Assembly: GCA_020048055.1 (NCBI GenBank) | Contig: JAIFNA010000002.1 | Location: 32,023 to 96,022, forward strand | Origin: Arcobacter sp. | GTDB lineage: Bacteria > Campylobacterota > Campylobacteria > Campylobacterales > Arcobacteraceae | DNA length: 64,000 nucleotides | Direction: 5' to 3' | In this document: piece after piece, positions 18,627 through 30,027 of the stretch | Layout of the letters: each line of letters opens with the position of its first letter | Numbering within the stretch: position 1 is the first letter of the stretch | Made by a program: the position numbers and the translations under genes | Notes under the pieces: generated by a model | What the model was told of the DNA's origin: nothing | What the model saw: the letters and a program-made list of their open reading frames with translations, nothing else | Database searches by the model: none

Positions 18627-20563
18627 TTAGCCTCCTCAAGTTTAAAATCTGTTTTTATTTGATCTGTTAAGATTGTGATTTTTCTAAGTAAATCTTTGTC
18701 TGTTGTTTGCGACTTTAAACCATCAACTTTTGCAACAAGCGGTGCAAATTTTACCCTTACAGCTTGTGGAATTGCTTTGCCTGAGCGGATATGTATAGTT
18801 CCATAATTTAGCAAATCTTTTACAGTGTCAAAAGAACCAAGGAGTGTAGCGTATGAAATTGGCAAAATTCCAAAACCATCTGCAACATTTAAACACTCTT
18901 GATTTTTGTTGTAAATCAGCTTCACAATACCATTATTTTTATTTAAAACGCCATGATGTGCTACTGTTCTGCCTTTATTGTCTTTACTTTCATATTTGAA
19001 CCTAGCAACATCAAGCAAAATTTCAAAAAGTTTACAGTCTGTTTTTTCAGTTATCACTTTAGAAAAAACCAATTTACCATCCTCATCAACAAAAGAGACA
19101 TCAACACCAAAAGAGAGCAGCCCAACAAGGTTGCTTTTAAAAGCATCAAAATAAATATTGTTTGAAAAAACAGTAAATACATACACATAAAAGATATTTA
19201 AACCATTTGTATCGGTTGCATTTATATTAAATTTATTTGTAATATATAGCTGAAAAAGATTGTAATACCCATCTAACAGTGGAGCAAAAAATAGTGGTTG
19301 TCCTTTTGATGTTAGATTTTGAAGTTTATAAGTTGAATTTTGTAAAATCTCTTTTAATACAACAAAAAATTGTTTCTCTTTTTGTGCGAATTGGAGTAAT
19401 TTTTTATTTTCAAGCTTTCGTAGCCCATGTGTATGCAAAATTAATTCATTTAAAATTTCCAAAACATCTTTATTATCATTGTCTTTTATTGTTGGGTCTG
19501 CACCATTTTTTAGCAATAACAATATAATATCGATATTCTCAACACCACCAAAAGCAGCTATCATAAGTGGTGTTTCTTTGTTTTTATTTTGTATATTTAA
19601 GGATACTTTTTTTTGAACACAAAAAGCAACAATCCCAGAATCACTATTTCTAATTGCTTCAAAAATACCACTCTCACCATCATCATTTATTGCATTTATA
19701 TCTATTCCACTCTCTACTAAATTTTCAGCCATCGATAAAAGAGACTCTCTTCTTGCTTTTTCTGAAGTTGGAACTTTATAAAAAGCAAGCATCGTTTCCA
19801 TCAAAATCGTATTGCTATTTCTTACTTTTGAGTTAATATTGCACCCATGTTCCAATGCAACATCAAGCAACCTCTTACCCTCAATCCCTTTGGTTGCGGC
19901 GTGAAAAAGTAGATTTTTCCCTTCTTTATTGCAGATTGTAGGATTTGCACCTTTATTAATTAACTCAATACATAAATCCTCATTTTCCAATGTCTCTTTT
20001 TTATGAAGTATTGTATCACCATAGATATCTTTTTGATTCAGGTCTATTTTTGTATCCAAAAGTTGGTTAATAAACTTCCCATCGTCACAAGATATTGCAT
20101 CAAACATAGCGTTTCGTTTTTGTTTATCTATATTATTAACATCAATTGAGTGATGAATAAGAGCGTCAGCAATCCCTTTATTGCCATATAAAACAGCATT
20201 TTGAAGCAAAGATCTGCCATCAATATCTACTTGATTGATGTTGATTTTTTTTGTTTTTAAAATTATCTCAACAATAAGATGATTGTGCTTTTCAATAGCA
20301 ATCTCGATTGGTTCTTTGTTTTGTTTGTTTTTTATTGTTACATCAATTTTTGCCTCTTCAATAAGCCATTTTGCAGATTTAAACTTACTATTAATTATAC
20401 AAAGATGTAAAAAACTATCTCCATTTTGATCTTGGTAATTTATAGAAAACTTTTTAGAATCAACCATTTTTTTCAAAATTGATTCATCAATAACTTTTTT
20501 ATAAAGTTCTTTTAAAAAGCTATCTGAATTAGCACTAAAACCACCAAGAAGATTTTCAAACAT
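18623..20563 (-). CDS. Large cytoplasmic ankyrin-repeat protein (more than 15 ANK repeats spread over the whole 646 aa)
   Basis: Repeated xGxTPLHxAxxxGxxxxVxxLLxxGADxN-like units (NGDSFLHLCI..., DGRSLLQNAVLYGNKGIADALIHHSIDVN, YGDTILH..., KETPLMIAAFGG...LLLKNGADPT, KGRTVAHHGVLNKNNGIVKLI..., DGFGILPISYATLLGSFDTVKDLLNYG). No signal peptide. Confidence 0.8.
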   Translation of the reverse strand: MFENLLGGFSANSDSFLKELYKKVIDESILKKMVDSKKFSINYQDQNGDSFLHLCIINSKFKSAKWLIEEAKIDVTIKNKQNKEPIEIAIEKHNHLIVEIILKTKKININQVDIDGRSLLQNAVLYGNKGIADALIHHSIDVNNIDKQKRNAMFDAISCDDGKFINQLLDTKIDLNQKDIYGDTILHKKETLENEDLCIELINKGANPTICNKEGKNLLFHAATKGIEGKRLLDVALEHGCNINSKVRNSNTILMETMLAFYKVPTSEKARRESLLSMAENLVESGIDINAINDDGESGIFEAIRNSDSGIVAFCVQKKVSLNIQNKNKETPLMIAAFGGVENIDIILLLLKNGADPTIKDNDNKDVLEILNELILHTHGLRKLENKKLLQFAQKEKQFFVVLKEILQNSTYKLQNLTSKGQPLFFAPLLDGYYNLFQLYITNKFNINATDTNGLNIFYVYVFTVFSNNIYFDAFKSNLVGLLSFGVDVSFVDEDGKLVFSKVITEKTDCKLFEILLDVARFKYESKDNKGRTVAHHGVLNKNNGIVKLIYNKNQECLNVADGFGILPISYATLLGSFDTVKDLLNYGTIHIRSGKAIPQAVRVKFAPLVAKVDGLKSQTTDKDLLRKITILTDQIKTDFKLEEAK

Positions 20564-20576
20564 TCAGTTTACCTAC

Positions 20577-21104
20577 CTATTTCAAATATGCTTTAATTAT
20601 TTTTTGTTCAATCTTTGGTTTATCACCATAAGTTGTCTCAAGATTTTCAATTTTTTGAACAACAGCATAACTTGCTTTGTTTGCAACATAACCAAAAATT
20701 GTATGTTTTCCATTTAACCATGATGTTTCAGCTGTTGTAATAAAAAACTGGCTCCCATTCGTATTTGGTCCACGATTAGCCATAGCTAAAACACCCGGAC
20801 GGTTAAACATTGCTTTTGGTGTAAGTTCATCTTCAAATGATTTTCCCCAAATAGATTCTCCACCAGTTCCAGTCCCTGTTGGGTCTCCACCTTGAACCAT
20901 AAATCGTTTAATTACTCTATGAAAAATTGTCCCATTATAATAACCTTTTTTAATCAACTTTGTGAAGTTTTCAACAGTTTTAGGAGCTAAATCTTCCCTT
21001 AGTTCAAGCTCTATTGTTCCACTTGTTGTTTCAAATACAGCAATCTGGTTTGCACCAAATAAACTACCAGCTAAAATTGCCATTATTACCATTTTTTTAA
21101 TCAT
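20577..21104 (-). CDS. ppiB: Cyclophilin-type peptidyl-prolyl cis-trans isomerase (secreted)
   Basis: Signal peptide, FHRVIKRFMVQGGDP and the cyclophilin GSQFFIT motif. Confidence 0.85.
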   Translation of the reverse strand: MIKKMVIMAILAGSLFGANQIAVFETTSGTIELELREDLAPKTVENFTKLIKKGYYNGTIFHRVIKRFMVQGGDPTGTGTGGESIWGKSFEDELTPKAMFNRPGVLAMANRGPNTNGSQFFITTAETSWLNGKHTIFGYVANKASYAVVQKIENLETTYGDKPKIEQKIIKAYLK

Positions 21105-21115
21105 TATTTTCCCCT

Positions 21116-21949
21116 TTATTCGTTGATTTTTTTATGGAGTATCGCTTCACTTGATAGATTCAAATCATCGATATTTTGCGTTTTGTTTACTTTTGTAATT
21201 ATATAAAAATATTTTTTGGAGATAACAGAAGCATAAGGTCTTACAATTGCCATTTTTGTATTTAATAAATCTTTTGAACCAATCACTCTTCCAACTCTGA
21301 CTCCATAAGGATAAATCTCATCCATACCGCTTGTAATAACCTCATCATTCACCCTAATAGTGTACCATTTTGGAATATGTTGAATCAGTAAATTTCCATT
21401 ATCGTCCATGCCAGATGTTATGCCTGGTGCCATCGTTAAACCTGTAAAAACTGCATAATTAGCTTTTTCATTTGGGTTAAGATAAGCAACACTTACACCA
21501 TTTTGAACCCTAACTATACCTGCACTATACCCTTGTGGAGTAAGAAGCGGATAGAGTTTTCCACCTGGTAAAGTTTTATCTAAAACAACTTTTGAAAAAT
21601 CATTTAGATTGATATAGCTAACAGCTTTTGTATATAGTGTTTTATTTGATAGGTCTATATTTATCAAATTCATATCTTGTTGCATATTTTCCAATTCGCG
21701 TTTGGTTTGCTCATAAAGTATTTTATAATTCATATTTTTTGTAGCTTGAGATTCGAGCAATTGAAGAGTTTGCGCTTGATTAAAATATGAATTAACCCCA
21801 TTCTTTACTGATGTTAAAGAGCTTCCATAACTCCATCTGGCATCAGAAGTAAGTTGTAAAAATAAACCAGACATTGCCTTATCGATATTAAAAATATATC
21901 CTAGCAAAACTAGAATCATTAAGCCGACAAATACAATTGATTTATTCAT
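21116..21949 (-). CDS. mreC: Rod shape-determining protein MreC
   Basis: N-terminal TM, a coiled coil, then MreC beta-domain motifs (GMDEIYPYGVRVGRV), located immediately downstream of mreB. Confidence 0.8.
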   Translation of the reverse strand: MNKSIVFVGLMILVLLGYIFNIDKAMSGLFLQLTSDARWSYGSSLTSVKNGVNSYFNQAQTLQLLESQATKNMNYKILYEQTKRELENMQQDMNLINIDLSNKTLYTKAVSYINLNDFSKVVLDKTLPGGKLYPLLTPQGYSAGIVRVQNGVSVAYLNPNEKANYAVFTGLTMAPGITSGMDDNGNLLIQHIPKWYTIRVNDEVITSGMDEIYPYGVRVGRVIGSKDLLNTKMAIVRPYASVISKKYFYIITKVNKTQNIDDLNLSSEAILHKKINE

Positions 21950-21954
21950 TTATA

Positions 21955-22986
21955 CTATTCATTTGAGATTAATTTTAATAATTTTTCCTCATCAAGTACT
22001 CTACTTGTACCATAAGCAACAGCTAATAGTGGCTCATCTGCAACCCTAACTGGTAATTTTACATCATTTGACAGATAAACATCTAGTCCTCTAATTAAAG
22101 CTCCACCGCCTGTTAAAACTATTCCATTATCAACGATATCTCCAGCTAAATCTGGTGGCATATCTTCAAGCACTTGTCTAATTGCTAAAGCAATCTCTTT
22201 AAATGGCTCTTTTAGTGCTTGTCTAACACCCTCACTATTAAGTTCAATCGTAGAAAGAAGTCCTGAGCTATCTCTCCCTTTTACTTGTAAAGTTAAATCT
22301 TTTTCAAGTTTAACAGCTGTTCCAATTTCAAATTTGATACTTTCAGCTGTTCTCTCCCCAATATAAAGATTAAAATTTTGTCTCACATAATCAATAATAG
22401 CTTTATCAAATCTATCACCTGCAACTTTAATTGATTTACTAATTACAAGTCCACCTAGTGAAGTTACACCAATTTCAGTCGTTCCACCACCAATATCAAC
22501 AACTATATGTCCATTTGGACTAGCAACAGGAATCCCTGCTCCAATAGCAGCCGCCATAGGTTCTTCAACCAAAAATACCTCTCTAGCTCCTGCACTTAAA
22601 GCCGATTCACGCACAGCTTTTCTCTCAACTTGCGTAATTCCATGTGGAATACAAATTATAATTCTAGGTCTTACAAACGATTTTCTATTGTGTGCTTTTT
22701 CTATAAAATATCTAATCATTCGTTCAGTCATCTCAAAATCAGCAATAACTCCATCTTTCATAGGACGAACTGCTTGAATATTCATAGGAGTTTTACCAAT
22801 CATCATTTTCGCTTCAAGTCCAACTGCTAAAATCTTATCTCTTCCAAATCTATCATGCTGAACAGCAACAACTGAAGGCTCATTTATAACTATCCCTTTT
22901 CCTCTAATAGAAACTAGCGTATTTGCTGTACCCAAATCGATTGCTAAATCATTTGAAAACATCCCTATAAATTTATCAAATATCAT
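21955..22986 (-). CDS. mreB: Rod shape-determining protein MreB
   Basis: Actin-like ATPase motifs ([31 protein letters not shown]). Confidence 0.9.
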   Translation of the reverse strand: MIFDKFIGMFSNDLAIDLGTANTLVSIRGKGIVINEPSVVAVQHDRFGRDKILAVGLEAKMMIGKTPMNIQAVRPMKDGVIADFEMTERMIRYFIEKAHNRKSFVRPRIIICIPHGITQVERKAVRESALSAGAREVFLVEEPMAAAIGAGIPVASPNGHIVVDIGGGTTEIGVTSLGGLVISKSIKVAGDRFDKAIIDYVRQNFNLYIGERTAESIKFEIGTAVKLEKDLTLQVKGRDSSGLLSTIELNSEGVRQALKEPFKEIALAIRQVLEDMPPDLAGDIVDNGIVLTGGGALIRGLDVYLSNDVKLPVRVADEPLLAVAYGTSRVLDEEKLLKLISNE

Positions 22987-24215
22987 ACCTCTACCCCTTG
23001 TTTTGTTTTATTTACAACATCTTTTGTTATAACTATTGTTTGATTTTTATATTCAGGAAGCTCATACATAATATCAAGCATTACATCTTCCATGATTGAC
23101 CTAAGCCCTCTTGCACCTGTTTTTCTTTTAATAGCTTTTTGTGCTATCTCTTTTAGTGCCTCATCTTCAAACTCTAAATTTACATTATCCATACTAAAAA
23201 GTTTTCTATACTGTTTTGTGAGTGCATTTTTAGGTTCACTTAAAATATGTATCATCGCGTCTTCATCAATCTCACCCAAAGTTGCTACCATATGAAGTCT
23301 TCCAATTAACTCAGGAATTAGTCCAAATTTAACTAAATCGTCAGCTTCAACCATTTCTAAAATAGCTTCTCTTTGTTTTTTTGTTTTCTTTTCACTATTA
23401 AAACCAAGAGTATTACCACCTTGTTTTTTTCCAATAATATCAGTTAGTCCACCAAAAGCACCACCACAAATAAATAATACATTTGTTGTATCAAGTTGTA
23501 TTGCATCTCCACCTGGGTGTTTTCTACCACCTTTTGGAGGAACATTTACAATGCTTCCTTCTATAATTTTAAGCAAAGCTTGTTGTACACCCTCGCCACT
23601 TACATCTCTTGTAATACTTCTATTTTCACTCATTCTTGCTATTTTATCAATCTCGTCAATAAAAATAATACCTTGCTCTGCTTTTTTAATATCTCCATCT
23701 GCTGCTTGAATTAATCTTGTAACAATATTTTCAACATCGTCACCAACATATCCAGCCTCTGTTAAGCTAGTAGCATCTGCAATAGCCAAAGGGACATCAA
23801 GATATTTTGCAATAGTTTGAGCTAGAAGTGTTTTTCCGCTTCCGGTTGGACCAATAAGCAACACATTTGATTTTGCCAATTCTATATTATCATCAATATT
23901 TGATGATTCAAAAACTCTTTTATAATGGTTATAAACAGCCACACTTAATACTTTTTTTGCTCTATCTTGTCCTATTACATATTCATCAAGGATAGCCTTA
24001 AGTTCTTTTGGTGTTCTTAAAACATTTCCCTTGTTTTCATTTTGCGTGGTCATATTTTTTGAAAATGAGCCACCTTCCCCCTCATGTTCACAAATTATAT
24101 CGTAAGCACTTTTTGCGCACATCTTGCAAATGTTTGCTTTATCACCAGAGATAACTGGATTTCTTTCACTATCTTGCACTCCACAAAAATCACATATTTC
24201 TATTTTTTTACTCAT
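22983..24215 (-). CDS. clpX: ATP-dependent Clp protease ATP-binding subunit ClpX
   Basis: N-terminal C4 zinc finger (CDFCG...CKMC), Walker [18 protein letters not shown], and the IGF-like loop region. Confidence 0.9.
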   Translation of the reverse strand: MSKKIEICDFCGVQDSERNPVISGDKANICKMCAKSAYDIICEHEGEGGSFSKNMTTQNENKGNVLRTPKELKAILDEYVIGQDRAKKVLSVAVYNHYKRVFESSNIDDNIELAKSNVLLIGPTGSGKTLLAQTIAKYLDVPLAIADATSLTEAGYVGDDVENIVTRLIQAADGDIKKAEQGIIFIDEIDKIARMSENRSITRDVSGEGVQQALLKIIEGSIVNVPPKGGRKHPGGDAIQLDTTNVLFICGGAFGGLTDIIGKKQGGNTLGFNSEKKTKKQREAILEMVEADDLVKFGLIPELIGRLHMVATLGEIDEDAMIHILSEPKNALTKQYRKLFSMDNVNLEFEDEALKEIAQKAIKRKTGARGLRSIMEDVMLDIMYELPEYKNQTIVITKDVVNKTKQGVEV

Positions 24216-25045
24216 TTACTATTTTTCCCCTGAACTGGAATCCCTCTTGTTGTATTGCTTACAAAATTAGCCAACATAAGTACATATTTATTTTCACTTG
24301 TTAAAAGTAATTCTTTTGCAACATCTTGCATAGGTAGACCAGATTCAAAAAGTTTTTTATACCCTTTTTTAATCTCATCAATATCACTTCTATTTTCCAT
24401 TCTTCTTCTAAGCCCATTTATATTTAGTCCTCTTAAAGTAGCACGATTACCTTCTGTTACACAAAATGGTGGAATATCTTGAACTACTATTGAGCCACCT
24501 CCAAGCATAGCAGAATGCCCTATTTTACAAAATTGATGAACAGCACTTAAGCCACCAATAACAGCAAAATCATCAACCTCAACATGTCCAGCCATAGTTG
24601 CACAATTTGCAAAAATGCAATTATTACCAATAATACAATCATGGGCTATATGAACATATCCCATAAAAAGATTATTATTTCCGATAATAGTTTTAGCTCC
24701 ACCACCAATAGTTCCTGGATTAAAAAGTGTAAACTCCCTTATTTTATTGTTATCACCAATTATAAGCTCAACATCTTCACCATTAAATTTTAAATCTTGA
24801 GGGATACTTCCTAAAACAGAGTGGGAAAAAATCTCATTATTTGTACCAATTGTAGTTTTTCCTTCAATTAAAGTATGGCTTCCAATTGTTGTTCCATCAC
24901 CAATAGTAACACCATTTTTAATAATACTAAAAGCGCCAACAGTGATATTATCCCCTAAAATAACTCCATCTTCAACAATAGCTGTTGTGTGAATATTGTT
25001 CATAAACTTATTTATCCATAACCATAGCTTTAAGTTCTGCTTCAC
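24212..25045 (-). CDS. lpxA: Acyl-ACP--UDP-N-acetylglucosamine O-acyltransferase
   Basis: Left-handed beta-helix hexapeptide repeats throughout, 277 aa, and the conserved fabZ-lpxA gene order. Confidence 0.8.
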   Translation of the reverse strand: MKQNLKLWLWINKFMNNIHTTAIVEDGVILGDNITVGAFSIIKNGVTIGDGTTIGSHTLIEGKTTIGTNNEIFSHSVLGSIPQDLKFNGEDVELIIGDNNKIREFTLFNPGTIGGGAKTIIGNNNLFMGYVHIAHDCIIGNNCIFANCATMAGHVEVDDFAVIGGLSAVHQFCKIGHSAMLGGGSIVVQDIPPFCVTEGNRATLRGLNINGLRRRMENRSDIDEIKKGYKKLFESGLPMQDVAKELLLTSENKYVLMLANFVSNTTRGIPVQGKNSK

Positions 25046-25451
25046 TTACTAAGTTGTCGTTCACATAAGCTTTCCCGTCAAGTACAATCAAGTTTTTTCT
25101 TAGTTTTATAACAGCGATTCTATACTCTAATACATCACCTGGCTTAACTGGTAATCTAAACTTTGCGTTATCAATACTCATAAAATATATAACTTTACTT
25201 TGCATCTCCTCCTCGCTTAAACCTGCACTTTTAAGAGCCAATATACCACCTGCTTGAGCCATACCCTCTAAAATCATAACACCAGGATAGATTGGGTGAC
25301 CTGGAAAATGTCCCTGAAATGCTGGTTCACTAATTGAAATATTTTTATAAGCAACTATATCTTTCCCTAGCTCCATACTAGTAACTCTATCTACAAGCAA
25401 AAGTGGGTATCTGTGTGGAAGTATTTTTTGTATCTCTATGATGTCTAACAT
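25008..25451 (-). CDS. fabZ: 3-hydroxyacyl-ACP dehydratase
   Basis: Hot-dog fold motifs (LPHRYPLLLVDRV, FQGHFPGHPIYPGV). Confidence 0.9.
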   Translation of the reverse strand: MLDIIEIQKILPHRYPLLLVDRVTSMELGKDIVAYKNISISEPAFQGHFPGHPIYPGVMILEGMAQAGGILALKSAGLSEEEMQSKVIYFMSIDNAKFRLPVKPGDVLEYRIAVIKLRKNLIVLDGKAYVNDNLVSEAELKAMVMDK

Positions 25452-25530
25452 AAATCTGTATCCTATTTATTGATATTTAAGTGTTTTACACTACTTTTTG
25501 GCTTTTATTTTACCTAAAAACGGTTTAAAG

Positions 25531-26586
25531 CTATGAAACTTCATTGTAAAGAGTATCTCTTTCAACTGGCTCAAAACCACTATTATTTATAAGTTCAATA
25601 AATTCTTTTTGCTTCATTCCATTTGCGCTTAAAGCTCCTGCGGCACTATTGATTGATTCTTTTTCAATAGTACCATCAAGGTCATTTGCTCCAAATTCTT
25701 GAGCAATTAGAGCCAACTTGATACTTGAAGTTACCCAATAAGCTTTTAGGTTAGGGATATTATCAAGCAAAATTCTAGATATTGCAAATGTTTTTAAAAT
25801 TTCATTTGCTGTTGGAAAATCTGTAACTTTTAGAAAGTTATTCTCTTTTTGATAAACAAGTGGAATAAAAGCATTAAATCCCCCTGTTATATCTTGTAAA
25901 TCTCTAAGTCTAAGCATGTGATCCACTCTATTTGACCTTGTTTCTATATGTCCAAACAACATAGTTGCATTTGATTTTCTCCCTTTTTGATGCCAAAGTT
26001 TATGAATTTCCAACCATTCACTTGAACTAACTTTTCCGCCGCAAATTCTTTTCCTAACCGATTCATCAAAAATTTCAGCTCCGCCACCAGGCATACTATC
26101 AACACCATATTCAATCATCATATCAATTATCTCTTCATAACTTTTTTGGTACTCAGTTGCTAAAAAATGTATCTCTGCTGCTGTTAGTGCCTTAATATGT
26201 AGTTCTGGAAAGTTAGTTTTTATTTTTGAAAAAACTTCCAAATACCACAAAAGCCCGGTATTTGGATTGTGAGCCGAAACTATATGAACCTCTTTAATTC
26301 CATTTTCAACACTATTTTTTACAACTTCCAAAATCTCTTCATGAGTCATGGTGTATTGGTTTGGATTTTTCCTACTTGCACTATATGCACAAAATTGACA
26401 AACATCTTTACAGATATTTGTTGGATTAATGTGTCTATTTACATTATAGTAAGTTTTTTTACCAAATTTTTCCATTCTGATACGATTTGCATAAAATCCA
26501 AGAGTTACCAAATCAAGCTCATAAAGAGCAACACCATCATCAAAATCTAATCTAATATTATTTTCTAATTTATCTATTAAAGTCAT
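25531..26586 (-). CDS. Radical SAM menaquinone (futalosine pathway) enzyme, MqnE/MqnC family
   Basis: CxxxCxxC cluster (CKDVCQFCAYS), about 351 aa, with overall similarity to aminofutalosine synthase / cyclic dehypoxanthinyl futalosine synthase. I cannot separate E from C by eye. Confidence 0.65.
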   Translation of the reverse strand: MTLIDKLENNIRLDFDDGVALYELDLVTLGFYANRIRMEKFGKKTYYNVNRHINPTNICKDVCQFCAYSASRKNPNQYTMTHEEILEVVKNSVENGIKEVHIVSAHNPNTGLLWYLEVFSKIKTNFPELHIKALTAAEIHFLATEYQKSYEEIIDMMIEYGVDSMPGGGAEIFDESVRKRICGGKVSSSEWLEIHKLWHQKGRKSNATMLFGHIETRSNRVDHMLRLRDLQDITGGFNAFIPLVYQKENNFLKVTDFPTANEILKTFAISRILLDNIPNLKAYWVTSSIKLALIAQEFGANDLDGTIEKESINSAAGALSANGMKQKEFIELINNSGFEPVERDTLYNEVS

Positions 26587-28106
26587 TTTTTTCCGCCATT
26601 TTTTAAAAATATAATCTCAAAGCAAGCACCTTTGTAATCAACACCTTTGTATTTGTAATTTGTATTATAAACTTTTATCTCACCGTTATGTCTATCAATA
26701 ATTAGTTTATGAACCATTGACAAACCTATTCCCGTCCCAACACTTTTATGTTTTGTAGTAAAATATGGCTCGAAAATTTTATGAATTATACCTTCAGGTA
26801 TACCACCTCCATTATCTATAATTTTTAAAACAAATTTATCTTCAAAAACAAAACTTTCAACAACAATAAATCTCTCATCTTGAACATCTACATGAGCAAC
26901 AATAGAATCTCTTGAGTTGTTTATAATATTTATAAAACTCTGAATTAGTTCATTTTCATATCCCCATATCATCATATCGCTATTAAGATTGCTAATAATC
27001 TCTATTCCGTGATTTTTCATTGCAGACAAGACTATCCCTAGTGTTTTTTCTATTGTTGAATTTAAACTAAAAGCAAATCTTTCATCTGTATTTCGTATAA
27101 AATTTCTAAAGTCATCAATTGTTTTTGATAAATAATTTGCTTGCGAAATTATCGTCTCCATATCATCTTCAAGTGTATTTTGTTTCAACAATCCATACTC
27201 TTGCTTAACTTGTATTCCGCTTGCCATCGTAGTAATTACACTTAAAGGCTGTCTCCATTGGTGAGCAATATTACCTATCATCTCACCCATTGAAGCCAAT
27301 TTTGCCTGTTCTTCAAATATCTTTACGCTTGAAATATCTTTCATTGTTAAAAGTATAAGTTTTTCATCGGGTAATAATGTAGCAGCTAAACTTACAGTTA
27401 TTATTTTTTCTTTCCCGTTACATCTTTTTTCATAACCATCAATATGACCAAACTTGAATAATTCAATCACCTTAATTCTAGCCATCTCAATATCGTCATG
27501 ATGCGTAAGTTCTATACATGATGTTTGAAGTAATTCATCGTTGCTAAATCCAGTAATATCACAATATGCTTTATTTACTTTTTTAAAATTTGTCTCAAAA
27601 TCAATTACTGCAATTCCATCTTTTGTAGTATCAAATATAGTTTGAAGTTCATTTTTTTGCTCTTCTAAAAGTTTTGTAAGTTCTCTATTTGTCTCAATTT
27701 CGTTATTTACACAAATAATATATCCGACAAAATGTGTTATCTCTCCGGCATAATCATAAATAATAGCTGTTGAATCTTTAACCCAACGATACACCCCACC
27801 TGCATCTCGAATTCTATACATTTGATGAGTAAAAGATGTTTGCTTAAGTAGTGAAGCATTTTTTACCTCCTCTTTCACCCTATCTAAATCATCAGGATGG
27901 ATGAGTTCAAGATATGTGATATTACCCTCTAAAAACTGTGTATTGTCATACTTAAAATAATTTTTTATATTTGCCGATAATGCCTCAACGCTCCATATTG
28001 GGTCGTTTTTCCAAATAAAAGCAACAACTGGTCCAATAATAAAAAAATCACTTTTAATAATTTTTGTATATTCTACTATTTGATTATCATATTGTGTGTG
28101 TTGCAT
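26583..28106 (-). CDS. PAS-domain sensor histidine kinase (cytoplasmic)
   Basis: Two PAS-like segments, an H-box (IAHQWRQPL) and HATPase motifs (N-box NIINNSRDS, DNGGGIPE, GTGIGLSM). No TM helices. Overlaps priA upstream (28106/28165 gap) and the mqn gene downstream (26583-26586). Confidence 0.75.
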   Translation of the reverse strand: MQHTQYDNQIVEYTKIIKSDFFIIGPVVAFIWKNDPIWSVEALSANIKNYFKYDNTQFLEGNITYLELIHPDDLDRVKEEVKNASLLKQTSFTHQMYRIRDAGGVYRWVKDSTAIIYDYAGEITHFVGYIICVNNEIETNRELTKLLEEQKNELQTIFDTTKDGIAVIDFETNFKKVNKAYCDITGFSNDELLQTSCIELTHHDDIEMARIKVIELFKFGHIDGYEKRCNGKEKIITVSLAATLLPDEKLILLTMKDISSVKIFEEQAKLASMGEMIGNIAHQWRQPLSVITTMASGIQVKQEYGLLKQNTLEDDMETIISQANYLSKTIDDFRNFIRNTDERFAFSLNSTIEKTLGIVLSAMKNHGIEIISNLNSDMMIWGYENELIQSFINIINNSRDSIVAHVDVQDERFIVVESFVFEDKFVLKIIDNGGGIPEGIIHKIFEPYFTTKHKSVGTGIGLSMVHKLIIDRHNGEIKVYNTNYKYKGVDYKGACFEIIFLKNGGKK

Positions 28107-28164
28107 TTATATATCTATCCTAAAAATTTATTGTGATTGTACATTAAGTAGCTAAAAGTTAACA

Positions 28165-30027
28165 CTATTGGAGAGTATCCATATCGATTGAACAATAAGG
28201 TGTATCGATATTATGCAAAAACTCAAGAAGATACTTTATCTCTTTTCCTCTAACTAAAATCTCATACCTATACTTATTTGAGATTTTAAAGACATCGCAC
28301 TCCTTAAAGCCAACCAGTTCAATTTTTTTATGAAATTGTAACACTTGAGTTACATAAAAATCCATTAATTCTTTTGCTTTTAATCCATTTTGATGGAAAA
28401 AAACAACCCTTGCCAATCTAACATTTGGTGGATAAATATCACCTCGAACATCAAGTTCATTTTTTAAGAAATCCTCGTAATCAAGTTTTTCCATAAAATT
28501 TTGAAAAAAATCTTGATTTTTTGTTTGAATCAATACCTCTCCAAAACCATTTCTACCGCTTCTACCTGCAATTTGAATAGCCAAAGATAAAGCTTTTTCG
28601 CGCACCTTATAACTTGACATATTCAAAACAGAATCAATCCCTAAAATAATAGCAAGTGTAACATTGTGGTAATCATGCCCTTTTGAAAGCATTTGGGTTC
28701 CAACTAAGATATCAACTTTATTGTCATTAAAATCTTTTAAAACTTTTTTTAATTTTCTCTCTGTTTTAATAGCGTCCCTATCAAATGTACTTATTTTGGC
28801 ATCTTGAAAATAAAATTCCAGCTGTTCTTGAAGCTCACTCGTACCTAACCTATAATTTTTCAGAAGTCCAGTTTTACAACTTGGGCACTCCTCAACAATT
28901 TTTTGCGTAAAGTTGCAATAATGACACTGAAGTGCTTTATTATTTTTATGTAAACTAAGGGCAACCGAACAAAATGGACACTCAATGGCTTTTCCACAAT
29001 CACCACAAATTTGATATTTAAAATTCGCCCTTGTTGGTAAAAATACAATTACTTGCTCATTTTTTTCCAATTTCTCTTTGATTTTTTCTACTATTTGATT
29101 ATTTAATTTAAGTGATGAATTATCATAGATAAATGATTTATTGGTTTTATAAAATGTATCCTTTAGCCTAAAATATGGCACTTTCGCAAACGAATTAAGA
29201 GATGGTGTTGCACTTCCTAATATCACTTTGATATCAAATTTATTTCCGATATAAATAGCTAAGTCTTTTACATTAAGTCTTGGTTTTTGTGTCGATTTAT
29301 AAGAGTCGTCATGCTCCTCATCAACTACTATAACTCCTAAATTTTGGTATGGCAAAAAGAGTGCCGACCTAGCCCCTGCAATTACTTTTAATTTCCCATT
29401 ATTAAGATTCTCTAAAATCTCATTTTTCTTTTTTGGTGAAACTTTTGAGTGCCAAATAGCTACATCATCACCAAAATTTAATTTCAATCTTCTCTCCATT
29501 TGTGGAGTAAGTGCAATCTCTGGCAAAAGGTAAACAGCTTGTTTATTTTGATTTAAAATCTCCTCAATAGCCTTGGTATAAATCTCAGTTTTTCCACTCC
29601 CTGTGTTTGCAAAAAGTAATGAAATGTTATACTTTTTTATAAAATCTAATGCTTCAAATTGACCTTTTGAAAGCTCTATTTGCGTATCGTAAGTTTTTTT
29701 ATCATCAATATCTTGCTTATGATTATGATTTTGAAATGGCGTGTACAATCCCAAAGCTTCACCGATACTACAAACATAATATTTTGATATAAAAAGCGCA
29801 ACATCAATCATAAAGTCACTATAATATGCCTCGTTTACAACATCTATCAAGGTACACTTGAAGTCTGGCTTTAAAACCTCTTTAATAATAACGCCATCAC
29901 TATTGGATTTACGATTTCTAAGTGAAACTCCAACAAAAGCACCAATATGGATAGTCTCATTAGAAGCAAATGTTAATGGAGCTAATGGTGATTTTAGAAG
30001 TGCAACTTCATAATATTTTAAATTCAA
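28165..30027 (-). CDS. priA: Primosomal protein N' (replication restart helicase PriA)
   Basis: Walker A GSGKTE, DEEHD box, Cys4 zinc-binding region (CGDCGKAIECPFCSVAL...CHYCNF...CPSC), 620 aa. Confidence 0.85.
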   Translation of the reverse strand: MNLKYYEVALLKSPLAPLTFASNETIHIGAFVGVSLRNRKSNSDGVIIKEVLKPDFKCTLIDVVNEAYYSDFMIDVALFISKYYVCSIGEALGLYTPFQNHNHKQDIDDKKTYDTQIELSKGQFEALDFIKKYNISLLFANTGSGKTEIYTKAIEEILNQNKQAVYLLPEIALTPQMERRLKLNFGDDVAIWHSKVSPKKKNEILENLNNGKLKVIAGARSALFLPYQNLGVIVVDEEHDDSYKSTQKPRLNVKDLAIYIGNKFDIKVILGSATPSLNSFAKVPYFRLKDTFYKTNKSFIYDNSSLKLNNQIVEKIKEKLEKNEQVIVFLPTRANFKYQICGDCGKAIECPFCSVALSLHKNNKALQCHYCNFTQKIVEECPSCKTGLLKNYRLGTSELQEQLEFYFQDAKISTFDRDAIKTERKLKKVLKDFNDNKVDILVGTQMLSKGHDYHNVTLAIILGIDSVLNMSSYKVREKALSLAIQIAGRSGRNGFGEVLIQTKNQDFFQNFMEKLDYEDFLKNELDVRGDIYPPNVRLARVVFFHQNGLKAKELMDFYVTQVLQFHKKIELVGFKECDVFKISNKYRYEILVRGKEIKYLLEFLHNIDTPYCSIDMDTLQ

